From the NCBI GenBank assembly GCA_030827365.1, contig JAUREO010000004.1, forward strand, positions 1 through 62,986: a stretch of DNA of 62,986 nucleotides, given 5' to 3'. This document shows positions 1 through 8,379 of this stretch, one piece after another (the stretch's first letter is position 1; every line of letters starts with the position of its first letter). The notes under the pieces were generated by a model. That model was not told where the DNA came from and did no database searches. It saw only the letters and a program-made list of their open reading frames with translations. The DNA comes from Poseidonia sp. Lineage in GTDB: Archaea > Thermoplasmatota > Poseidoniia > Poseidoniales > Poseidoniaceae. The translations under genes were made by a program, and so were the position numbers.

Positions 1-664
1 TTGCCATCCGTTCACGTTCGGTGATATTCCCGCTCGAAAACATGACCTTTGCAGCATCAAATCCAAAATAGACCTGATGTTGTTTGAATTCCACCCAGGA
101 ATCTCCAAGCAAAATCTTGACTTGGGCGTCCCTTGTGTTGTTTTTTGAAATGGGTTGTTGTTTTCCTATGGATTCCACATCGAAGATTTTCGCAATTTCA
201 ACGAAAAAACCCATGCCATGAACCACGAAAAAATCTGACCACGCCTGACCTTCGAAGGCGTCTTTGGGAAAGAGGAGAAGTTTGCCTAAACGCTCCCATT
301 TTTTTGGCATTCCTTTTTGCAAGTTCTCAAAGGATATGTTTGCCCGCGAGGCGTACAACTGAACCAATTCTTGAAGTTGCATTTTTGGGGAGTGTTTCTT
401 CGATATTTTAGTAAAAGCATACATTTCAATTTCGATTGAAGGGTCGGCCTTGAGAATTCTTTTTTGAAGAGGCGAGGAATGTTCTATTGATTTGAGCAAT
501 GGAAAACAGATACTTTCATCGTCGATTTGAAGAGGCAACAATGTCAAATCGATGACACCATTCTCAACAAGGACCTCATGGACGAGTTGGGCTTGCGTCC
601 GATGTATTCGGACGCCCTGTCGAATCGTGCTCTCTTCCACAATTCGTCCAGCATGGGAATACAT
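1..664 (-). CDS. taw2: tRNA wyosine-pathway SAM-dependent transferase Taw2/TYW2-like (Trm5/Met-10+ family), 3'-truncated by the window edge
   Basis: Not in the ORF track because it has no stop in the window. Hand translation of the minus strand from ATG 664 (alternative GTG 640) is open to base 1: MYSHAGRIVEES...GMPKKWERLGKLLLFP...FGFDAAKVMFSSGNITERERMA. The WERLG and MFSxGNxxER-RMA motifs are typical of Taw2/TYW2. Confidence 0.72.
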   Translation of the reverse strand, partial: MYSHAGRIVEESTIRQGVRIHRTQAQLVHEVLVENGVIDLTLLPLQIDDESICFPLLKSIEHSSPLQKRILKADPSIEIEMYAFTKISKKHSPKMQLQELVQLYASRANISFENLQKGMPKKWERLGKLLLFPKDAFEGQAWSDFFVVHGMGFFVEIAKIFDVESIGKQQPISKNNTRDAQVKILLGDSWVEFKQHQVYFGFDAAKVMFSSGNITERERMA

Positions 665-690
665 TTGAAGTTCATTGCTCTCCCAGCATC

Positions 691-3600
691 ATGGTCCAAC
701 AGGGCAGGGTAGAACACAAATCAAAAATATACATTCATTTTCTATTAGGGTTATTCTTCATTGCTCCAATTTTTGTTCCACTCGCTTCAGCAACATTTGC
801 TGACCTTTGTTCCGGTGTGGCTATGGTGACCAGTACCAGTGGTCAATGCGATGAATATGACCATGCAGATGATGAAACGCCGTTTCATCAAGAATGGATT
901 AAGGCAGATTATCGATTCAATTTAATTTCCACGACAGAGTTCAATTTGCAGATCACTTGGGCGATCCATGAATACAATAGAGAAGCACTTGGGTTCGGTG
1001 CAGGAACAGATTTTGGAAATGAGTTGGAGGCCCAGACCGACCTTGACCCCTACGATGGAATTCCAGTCGACCTCATTCGAGAAGTGTTTTCTTGGCAACC
1101 AGACGGTGCAGCGACACCAACAGTAGGGGATATTATTGAATCATCAGCCTATTCAACAATTGAATCGTCATTAGAAACTGGTTTTGGAACAGTCCTTGAT
1201 TTACAAACATCATTCCAAGATTCAGTACAATTCGGAACAGATACTCTTCAATGTTCAAGCGATGCAAATGACGACTCTTTACTGGAAGGGGCAAGCGAAA
1301 GTAATGCGTTTGAACCTCCATTGTGTTTAACTGCTCAAGCAACAATTCAACTCGATTCCTCTACGTTCAATCTCTTTTCAAACGATGATTTGGATATGGA
1401 GCGGGCGTATCAAGGTTTACTCATTATGGGTGCAGAGATTGAAACACCATTCTCCATTAGGGCAGAGCCTGGCATGGACGCCGTGTTCACAATTTCACCT
1501 CCTTCCTATGCAAGAATCGTGGATATTGATGATGCAGGCGAGATCATTGTGCCAGGTACTGCGTTATCTCAAGGTCAATGGTCTATTGACCATCGAGATG
1601 CTACGATGTCAGACTCTGAACAGACCGAAAATATTTCATTCAAGGTAGCTCACCAACCTAACTCACAAACGCCAACAGTTTCAGTTCCAGAAGGTGGAAA
1701 GTCCCTCGACCTTCGTGTGATCATCGATTTAGAAGATGAATCAGCTGTGACCATTGATTTCATTGCTGGAATCTATTATCTCGAGGACACAACACTATCC
1801 GATTGGGGAATATCGATCTTTGAGTTAACCGACGCTGCGACCATTCCACTCATCACATCCGATGGAATTCGATTAGCCTATCACAATGGAATTATTGATT
1901 TACCAAGTTTAACAGACCAATTTCCGATTGATGATATCACAGATGGCATTGCTTCAACAGTTTCAGAATTGACCGATATTCAGATGAATCCTGCGCAATG
2001 GGTTTCATCAACCGAAGCATCCGAAATTTTCCCAGCAGCAGGAGGCCTGAATTATACCCACTCAAGTGACTGTAAAGAACCGATATCCGTTGGAGTGGAT
2101 ATCAACTATTGTCTTAAGGGTTCAGTAGCAATGGATGGTTCATATCCCGTGTATTTGCGTGCTGCAAGCGAGCCATTTTCCATGCGACTTGTTGATGTCA
2201 TGAAAAAGAATATTGGAGATCAAACTGCCAAAGATGTCCTCACCTCCATCGATGAAGATACACTGGAACGATTATTTAATTCAAACATCAGCATTGAGAC
2301 CGTCCTCCAGTCTTCGTATTTGGACGCCATCGTTCCCGAGATTCTTCCAAATTCATCATTAGCCGTTGAAATTATTTTACCAAGTTGGATTCAAACCAAA
2401 GACGGAGATTCAAAAATCGTGATTGAAAAAACTGTTGAAGGCATGCAAGATACTTCAATCTCGTTCATGGGCACCGACCCATACGATTGGCAACATCAAA
2501 TTCTTGATGACGATGAGAATGTACTTTGTCATGCAGAACAAAAATCGTGTGTCATCTCTGACATTAATTTCGATTGGTCTAGTCTTGGCATTCATGAGTG
2601 GACTCAAGCAGTAAGTTTCCAATTCGCATTTGAAGCAGACCTAGACATCTACAGAATTGGCATACCACTTGACAGACTCGAACGAGAAGGTTCAACCCAA
2701 GTCACCTTCCCCGCATTACCTTCTGATTTGTTGAGACTTATTATTGATATTTCGAGTCGAATGGCCCAACCAATTGAGTACGACGGCATACAACTTTGTG
2801 ACTTCAATAAAACTCCTCTTGAGGTTTGTAATGAATCACTTACTTTTGTCGCTACCCGAGAAGGAATGAAAGATTTCATTGAACAAATTGGAATGTTATT
2901 GACCGATTATATCCATCAATATGCATCCTACAAAGTCGAACAACAACTTGAGTTGGATCCGAACTCACCACTCAAAGTCATTGACCTTTCAGCGTTTGAA
3001 ATTAAATTTGAAATTTCAGGTATTGATGCACCTGTTGGTCCAGTTTCGGATGAAATACCACTTGGTTTTAAAATTAAGATACCCGAAGTCAATTTCAAAA
3101 TTGACATCGATGCCGACCTACAAAAAGTGCAATCTGGAGACACATCCGGTGTCACCGTATCCATTCTCACCGATTTGATGACAGCACCGTTGTATGAATC
3201 CATGGGTGCTTTGGTGGGTGTGTTTCAATCCATACTTACCAATTCATTTTTCAGTTTGCAAGGAATCACACTACCCTCCACCGATGGAGAAAGTATCCCC
3301 TACGATACTGGTTTGGTAGACCCAGTCCTTAGCGAAGAATTTGATTTAAGTTTGAGTGGACCAATCACCATCACCTTACCAAGAGGCTTGCAACTTGTTG
3401 ATGTTTCCTCAACCGCTACTGATGCGAATGGCAAGAGTTTGCTCCAAATTGAAGATGATGGTGGACGACAGAAAATTACCTATACTATTCCTCCCGAAGA
3501 ATTTCAAGATGAAATATCGTATAAAATTCACATTTCTTGGATGTATTTTCTCATTCAATTTTGGTATTACCCCACAATTGTCCTTCTCTTGTTGTATCTG

Positions 3601-3774
3601 CTCATCCGCCGACGAAGGCGAAAGAAGCGAGCAAAGAAAGAACGATTGAATTCACAGTATGAAAACATCGCAAAATCCACATTAGATGATTCGTATTTCT
3701 CAGCATACGCAAGTCCATCGATGAATCAAGGTTTTGAAGCACAATCACTTGATGACTTTATCGATGAGAACTAA
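691..3774 (+). CDS. Large membrane-anchored secreted hypothetical protein (1027 aa) with an apparent three-fold internal repeat
   Basis: N-terminal hydrophobic signal segment, acidic body, C-terminal TM helix (YPTIVLLLLYLLI) followed by RRRRRKKRAKK; no recognisable enzyme motif. Confidence 0.85.
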   Translation: MVQQGRVEHKSKIYIHFLLGLFFIAPIFVPLASATFADLCSGVAMVTSTSGQCDEYDHADDETPFHQEWIKADYRFNLISTTEFNLQITWAIHEYNREALGFGAGTDFGNELEAQTDLDPYDGIPVDLIREVFSWQPDGAATPTVGDIIESSAYSTIESSLETGFGTVLDLQTSFQDSVQFGTDTLQCSSDANDDSLLEGASESNAFEPPLCLTAQATIQLDSSTFNLFSNDDLDMERAYQGLLIMGAEIETPFSIRAEPGMDAVFTISPPSYARIVDIDDAGEIIVPGTALSQGQWSIDHRDATMSDSEQTENISFKVAHQPNSQTPTVSVPEGGKSLDLRVIIDLEDESAVTIDFIAGIYYLEDTTLSDWGISIFELTDAATIPLITSDGIRLAYHNGIIDLPSLTDQFPIDDITDGIASTVSELTDIQMNPAQWVSSTEASEIFPAAGGLNYTHSSDCKEPISVGVDINYCLKGSVAMDGSYPVYLRAASEPFSMRLVDVMKKNIGDQTAKDVLTSIDEDTLERLFNSNISIETVLQSSYLDAIVPEILPNSSLAVEIILPSWIQTKDGDSKIVIEKTVEGMQDTSISFMGTDPYDWQHQILDDDENVLCHAEQKSCVISDINFDWSSLGIHEWTQAVSFQFAFEADLDIYRIGIPLDRLEREGSTQVTFPALPSDLLRLIIDISSRMAQPIEYDGIQLCDFNKTPLEVCNESLTFVATREGMKDFIEQIGMLLTDYIHQYASYKVEQQLELDPNSPLKVIDLSAFEIKFEISGIDAPVGPVSDEIPLGFKIKIPEVNFKIDIDADLQKVQSGDTSGVTVSILTDLMTAPLYESMGALVGVFQSILTNSFFSLQGITLPSTDGESIPYDTGLVDPVLSEEFDLSLSGPITITLPRGLQLVDVSSTATDANGKSLLQIEDDGGRQKITYTIPPEEFQDEISYKIHISWMYFLIQFWYYPTIVLLLLYLLIRRRRRKKRAKKERLNSQYENIAKSTLDDSYFSAYASPSMNQGFEAQSLDDFIDEN

Positions 3775-5498
3775 GAGTGTAACTCGTCATAGATACGTTG
3801 TGCTAACGATGGTCCAATTCCAGGCACGGTCTTCAAATCGTTGATGCTGGCGTGCTCAATACCTTTTCGACCACCGAAATGCCTGAGTAGTGTTTGCATT
3901 TTCTTTGCTCCTAACCCTTCGACACCTTCTAAAGGATCACTTAGTTTCTCTTTCTTTCTTCGGTTTCGATGAAATGTATTGACAAATCGGTGTGCTTCAT
4001 CTCTTGCGTGCACGAGAACACGCCCTCGTTTATCGAGAATAATGTCATTATGTGTTATTCGGTGAAGTGTTTCTTCACGCTTTGCAAGAGATGCGATGAG
4101 GAACCGGTCATGTATGCCTATTTCGGCAAGTGCATCCGTGACAAATTGAAGATGGGTTTGACCGCCATCTATGAGGAGGAGGTCAGGCCATTCTTCTTGT
4201 CGTTTTGCCCATCGTTGAACGACTTCTTGCATCATATGGACATCGTCTGGTACATCGGTTTTTACTATGTATTTCTTGTATTCTGCCTTCGTTGGGCGTC
4301 CGTTTCGAAAGACGATACTTGCGCCTACACGTTGTTCTCCCAGAAATTGGGCCATATCGAAACAGACAATATAATCCAGTTGTTCAATACCTAGGAGCTG
4401 TGCACCGTCATCGGCAGCACGCTGTTCAATTGAACCATTGGATTTGGCTTTCATTCTCTGCAGGCTCATCTCAGCATTTTGGTGAGCCAATTGAATGAGC
4501 GTTTTGAGGTCCCCACGTTTTGGTATTCGAATTTCGACAGATTTTTCTCTTCTATCTTGTAACCACAATGTCGTTGGTTCTCCAAGTGGAGTTGGTGTGA
4601 GAAGAAGCGATGGGGGGCGATGATGGGCATAATATTCGGAAACAAACAACGATACACATTCGCCAATGTCCCCTCGATAGACCATTGGCCACACATCTTT
4701 GCCTTTGACAATGCCATCATCGGCATGCAATACAACGATTGATGCGAGGTCCCCCTCATGATGGAAACCAATGGCGTCACATTGGTTGTATAGCGTGCTT
4801 GCAATGTATTGCTGGCTCGTTATTGTTCGTATGGCACGAATTTTGTCTCGAATGTTAGCAGCGAGTTCAAATGCTTGCTTTTTCGATGCATCCTCCATCT
4901 CTGAGATGAGTTCCTCAAGAAATTCGGTAGCATCACCGTTCAGAATTTTACGGACAGTTTTCACCTGTTCATCGTACTTTGTGTCTTGAACGCATGGGCC
5001 AAGACATAATCCGATATGCATGGCAAGGCAACCTTGAGGTAAAAGTTCCTTACAATCGCGAATCCCAAATTGTCTTCGTAAAAGTTGCATCACTTGTTTT
5101 GCAGCACCTGCATTAGGAAATGGGCCCCAACGCTCTGCATCTCGTGGCGGATGTCTGGTGTACATTATTCTTGGATACTTTTCTTTTGTTAGAGCGAGAA
5201 ATGGAAATGATTTGTCATCTTTGAGCATTGAGTTGTATCTTGGTTTGTGTTGACGAATGAGGTCACGTTCAAGAATGAGAGCATCTTGAGGTGTTGAGGT
5301 CACGATAAAATCGATATGTGTCGATTTTTCAACTAATTCAGGAATCATGGCTCTATCTGGATTCTGTGCAAAATATGAGCGAATGCGCTCGTTTAATTTC
5401 GTGGCTTTCCCAATGTAAAGAACTCTATCATTTTGGTTTTTGAACAGATACACCCCTGGTGAACTCGGAAAATGGAGGTCATCCAAGGCTACTGACAC
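3771..5498 (-). CDS. uvrC: Excinuclease ABC subunit C
   Basis: GIY-YIG N-terminus (PGVYLFK...YIGKA), Cys cluster, UVR motif (FELAANIRD), RNase H-like domain (PDLLLIDGG, RDEAHRF) and C-terminal HhH (VPGIGPSLA). Confidence 0.97.
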   Translation of the reverse strand: MSVALDDLHFPSSPGVYLFKNQNDRVLYIGKATKLNERIRSYFAQNPDRAMIPELVEKSTHIDFIVTSTPQDALILERDLIRQHKPRYNSMLKDDKSFPFLALTKEKYPRIMYTRHPPRDAERWGPFPNAGAAKQVMQLLRRQFGIRDCKELLPQGCLAMHIGLCLGPCVQDTKYDEQVKTVRKILNGDATEFLEELISEMEDASKKQAFELAANIRDKIRAIRTITSQQYIASTLYNQCDAIGFHHEGDLASIVVLHADDGIVKGKDVWPMVYRGDIGECVSLFVSEYYAHHRPPSLLLTPTPLGEPTTLWLQDRREKSVEIRIPKRGDLKTLIQLAHQNAEMSLQRMKAKSNGSIEQRAADDGAQLLGIEQLDYIVCFDMAQFLGEQRVGASIVFRNGRPTKAEYKKYIVKTDVPDDVHMMQEVVQRWAKRQEEWPDLLLIDGGQTHLQFVTDALAEIGIHDRFLIASLAKREETLHRITHNDIILDKRGRVLVHARDEAHRFVNTFHRNRRKKEKLSDPLEGVEGLGAKKMQTLLRHFGGRKGIEHASINDLKTVPGIGPSLAQRIYDELHS

Positions 5499-5589
5499 GA
5501 TACGAGGATAGCATCATTTTAGAAAAACATGTGTCATAGGCGTGATGAAGCCAGCCGTCTTCATCGGTAGGAAACAAGGATTTGATAGG

Positions 5590-7776
5590 ATGAATCAAAC
5601 ACAGGTTCGACTCCTTTGGATTCTCAATGAATTCGGTGAGTACCTTGAAAATGCTTGGGATGTGCCTCGCAGTCTTTCTCTTCCCGGATTGGCCGAGTCA
5701 ATGAAAATGGTAAGGTCTGGTTTGCACAAGCCACTTAAGCAACTCGAAGAAGAAGGATACATCACCAAGAGGCTGGCACACGTTGTTGGTGGAGGTACAA
5801 GAAAAAGACAAGTGTTTCACATCACAAACCAAGGGCGAAACGCTATTGAATTACAAATAGAAAACAAGGCAACACATCGTGAGCCCTCGGAAGTTACTGA
5901 CCGACAAATATCGTTGTTTGGAAGGGAAGAATTCATTCAAAAGTGCCTCTCTCACCTTGAAAAAAATTCAATCCTCGCAATTGGTGGTATGTCCGGCATT
6001 GGTAAATCCGTGGTTTCAAGACAAATATCCAGTCGTTTTACTCAATCGCCGTCACCAATTCGAATTGTTGATCTCCTCGAGGGAACGGATGCCGCTGTAG
6101 CATTGTCTACATTGTATCAGGAGCAAGAAATTTTACCCCAATCAATGGACGGTATTTCCGAATTTTTCAACTTTCAAGATGGCGGTCAAGTGTTCATCTT
6201 TGACGACTTCCATCTTCTTTCTCCACGACATCAAAAAAAGATGTTCACGTTGATTGAGCGTTGTGCTTCTGTTGATGGCAACGCTGTTCTCATCGTCGGG
6301 AAAAAACCAATGAGTATACCAAAGGGTGTTGAAATTTTTACTCTTGATGCTTTGGATATAGCGGATGCAGTCCTGCTCTTAGATGAATCTATACCAATGG
6401 ATGATAGAACAAAGATTGCAACATCATTAGGGGGTCATCCGTTTGCATTGATGCTGTATGAACAGGGGTTTGAATTGCCTGAAAAACAAGGAGATGTGCA
6501 ATCATTTTTTGAGAAATCAATTCTTGATGGTCTATCACAAGATGAAGCAAATTTAGTTGCAATGCTTAGTTTACTTCCGCAACCAATCTCTGTCGAACTG
6601 TCTCCCCAACCTGAACACATATCAAATTTGGATGATGCAGCATTGCTCAAATGGACACATTTTGAAAGGAGATTTGAGTTGCATCACTTCGTTCGAAATG
6701 TGAAAAAGGCAATGTTGAGCGAAGATGAAGTACGAAGTTTTCATCAAGCCTATCTTCAACATCTCGATACAGTTGAAGTTCACAATGACCTTGAAATGCT
6801 CCGATTGTATCACTTGTTGAACAGTTGTAATCTCCAAGACATTGGAGAAATATTGGATGGTCATTTTGATGCTATTTTGCCAGGAAACAGCCATCAATTA
6901 GCAGCATTGTTTGATTCTATATTAGAACAACACCAAGAACATGAACTACTCAATTATTATGCAGCTTTGACCGCACTGGAAAGAAATGAAGTTGAAGAAG
7001 TCGAGACGAAATTGCAATATCTTAATCCCCAATTAAGAAACGAAATTGAGTATCAGTTTTATCTTCAAACTGGAAAACAAAAAGAGGCAAGTCAAATTTT
7101 AGAGCAGAGAATCGAAAGCGCAGAATCGCCGATTGGCAAAAACAGAATGTTATTGTCGGGTATCATTCAACGAATGGAAGATCGATTGTTTGATGATACA
7201 AAAGAAATGGAATCTTCCGATATTGAACAAATGATTGAAGCAATTCATTTACCAGATGACCCTGCAAAACGGGCAGCAACACTTGTGAGTATCGCAATGA
7301 TTAAACATGCACTAGCAATCTATAGAAAAGAGTATAATAAGGCCGAAAAAATTCGAAAACAACTCATAGACTTATCACATGAGAGTGATATTCTTGTTCA
7401 AACACTTGGTTACAGAAGCACATTATCTCAAATCGGGAAAAACGAATTTGACTCCATCTTTGTAGATTGTTTGGAGTTTTGTAAGCGTTTACAACATGCA
7501 ACCCATAGATTAGGCCTGCTTATGACGTTAGCAGAAACATCTTTTGACTTACAAACAGGCCACACTGAGGCAATTCTCAATGAGATAAATCAAGAAGTGA
7601 AGCAACCCCATTCGATATCCAGTCACCGAATCATGGGGCGTTGGTGGTATCTTCACTCCAAAGTACATCCCAAATCGAGACTGATGGGGCTAAGAGAGGC
7701 TTCAATGCACTTTCGAATCGGAGGATGTACAGAAAATGTCAAATCGATTCAATTGAGAATCCATCGATTACTTTGA
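5590..7776 (+). CDS. Winged-helix / STAND-like P-loop NTPase / helical-repeat protein (putative signal-transducing transcriptional regulator)
   Basis: N-terminal wHTH (LPGLAESMKMVRSGLHKPLKQLEEEGYI...VFHITNQG), FGRE motif, Walker A GMSGIGKS, Walker B FIFDD, GGHP motif, all-helical C-terminal half. The ORF track starts at 5542; ATG 5590 is more plausible. Confidence 0.8.
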   Translation: MNQTQVRLLWILNEFGEYLENAWDVPRSLSLPGLAESMKMVRSGLHKPLKQLEEEGYITKRLAHVVGGGTRKRQVFHITNQGRNAIELQIENKATHREPSEVTDRQISLFGREEFIQKCLSHLEKNSILAIGGMSGIGKSVVSRQISSRFTQSPSPIRIVDLLEGTDAAVALSTLYQEQEILPQSMDGISEFFNFQDGGQVFIFDDFHLLSPRHQKKMFTLIERCASVDGNAVLIVGKKPMSIPKGVEIFTLDALDIADAVLLLDESIPMDDRTKIATSLGGHPFALMLYEQGFELPEKQGDVQSFFEKSILDGLSQDEANLVAMLSLLPQPISVELSPQPEHISNLDDAALLKWTHFERRFELHHFVRNVKKAMLSEDEVRSFHQAYLQHLDTVEVHNDLEMLRLYHLLNSCNLQDIGEILDGHFDAILPGNSHQLAALFDSILEQHQEHELLNYYAALTALERNEVEEVETKLQYLNPQLRNEIEYQFYLQTGKQKEASQILEQRIESAESPIGKNRMLLSGIIQRMEDRLFDDTKEMESSDIEQMIEAIHLPDDPAKRAATLVSIAMIKHALAIYRKEYNKAEKIRKQLIDLSHESDILVQTLGYRSTLSQIGKNEFDSIFVDCLEFCKRLQHATHRLGLLMTLAETSFDLQTGHTEAILNEINQEVKQPHSISSHRIMGRWWYLHSKVHPKSRLMGLREASMHFRIGGCTENVKSIQLRIHRLL

Positions 7777-7778
7777 AA

Positions 7779-8012
7779 TTATAATTCTGCTCCAATGAGC
7801 GTTTTTGTGTCTTGGATTCCAGGAATTGGTCGGATTTTTTCGACAATGGTTGTTGTTAACATCGATTCATCATCTGCTTGGATGCGAGCAATGATGTCAT
7901 ATTCTCCAAAAAGCATCCAATGATTTGTTACATATTCTATCGAATCCAATTGAGAAAACACATCCTGTTCCTTTCCCGGTTCGGTCGTGATTAATATAAA
8001 TCCAATAGCCAT
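7779..8012 (-). CDS. Stand-alone Lrp/AsnC ligand-binding (RAM) domain protein
   Basis: 77 aa, AIGFILITTEPG...LFGEYDIIARI...IPGIQDTKTLI; no HTH. Confidence 0.9.
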   Translation of the reverse strand: MAIGFILITTEPGKEQDVFSQLDSIEYVTNHWMLFGEYDIIARIQADDESMLTTTIVEKIRPIPGIQDTKTLIGAEL

Positions 8013-8020
8013 AATATCAC

Positions 8021-8341
8021 CTATACAGCAATGAGTGTTCTTGTTTCTTTTACACCCGGGATTTGTCGAAATTTGGATAATAATAAATTTGTGAGCGTTT
8101 GAGAGTCCTGTGCAGAGACGTGGGTAAGCAAGTCAAATTCTCCATATAAAGCGTGAACTTCAACCACAAATTCATCGTCGAGCAAACTCAAGTACACCTC
8201 TCGTTCATGACTTGGTTCGGTCTTGAAGAGAATAAATGCTTCAGGCATACCTTTCGCAAATGACAGAGGTCTTATTGATTTTCCCTTCATTCTCTCATTG
8301 TTCAAACGGGAAAAAAATTGTTCGAAACCATAGAACATCAA
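8021..8341 (-). CDS. Stand-alone Lrp/AsnC ligand-binding (RAM) domain protein
   Basis: AFILFKTEPS...HALYGEFDLL...IPGVKETRTLI; paralogue of the neighbour; true start may be downstream of 8341. Confidence 0.88.
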   Translation of the reverse strand: MMFYGFEQFFSRLNNERMKGKSIRPLSFAKGMPEAFILFKTEPSHEREVYLSLLDDEFVVEVHALYGEFDLLTHVSAQDSQTLTNLLLSKFRQIPGVKETRTLIAV

Positions 8342-8379
8342 TGCGGTGAATTCAATAGGTAAGTCTTGATAGGTAAAGT

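Noticed and set aside
133-712. Plus-strand ORFs 133..411 and 527..712 from the track
   Set aside because: They are shadows of the minus-strand Taw2-like gene, which has recognisable motifs.
5590-7776. STAND protein as an antiviral Avs/NLR-like defence system
   Set aside because: The N-terminus is a wHTH rather than a nuclease, TIR, SIR2 or protease effector, and the neighbourhood is not a defence island; kept only as a regulator.
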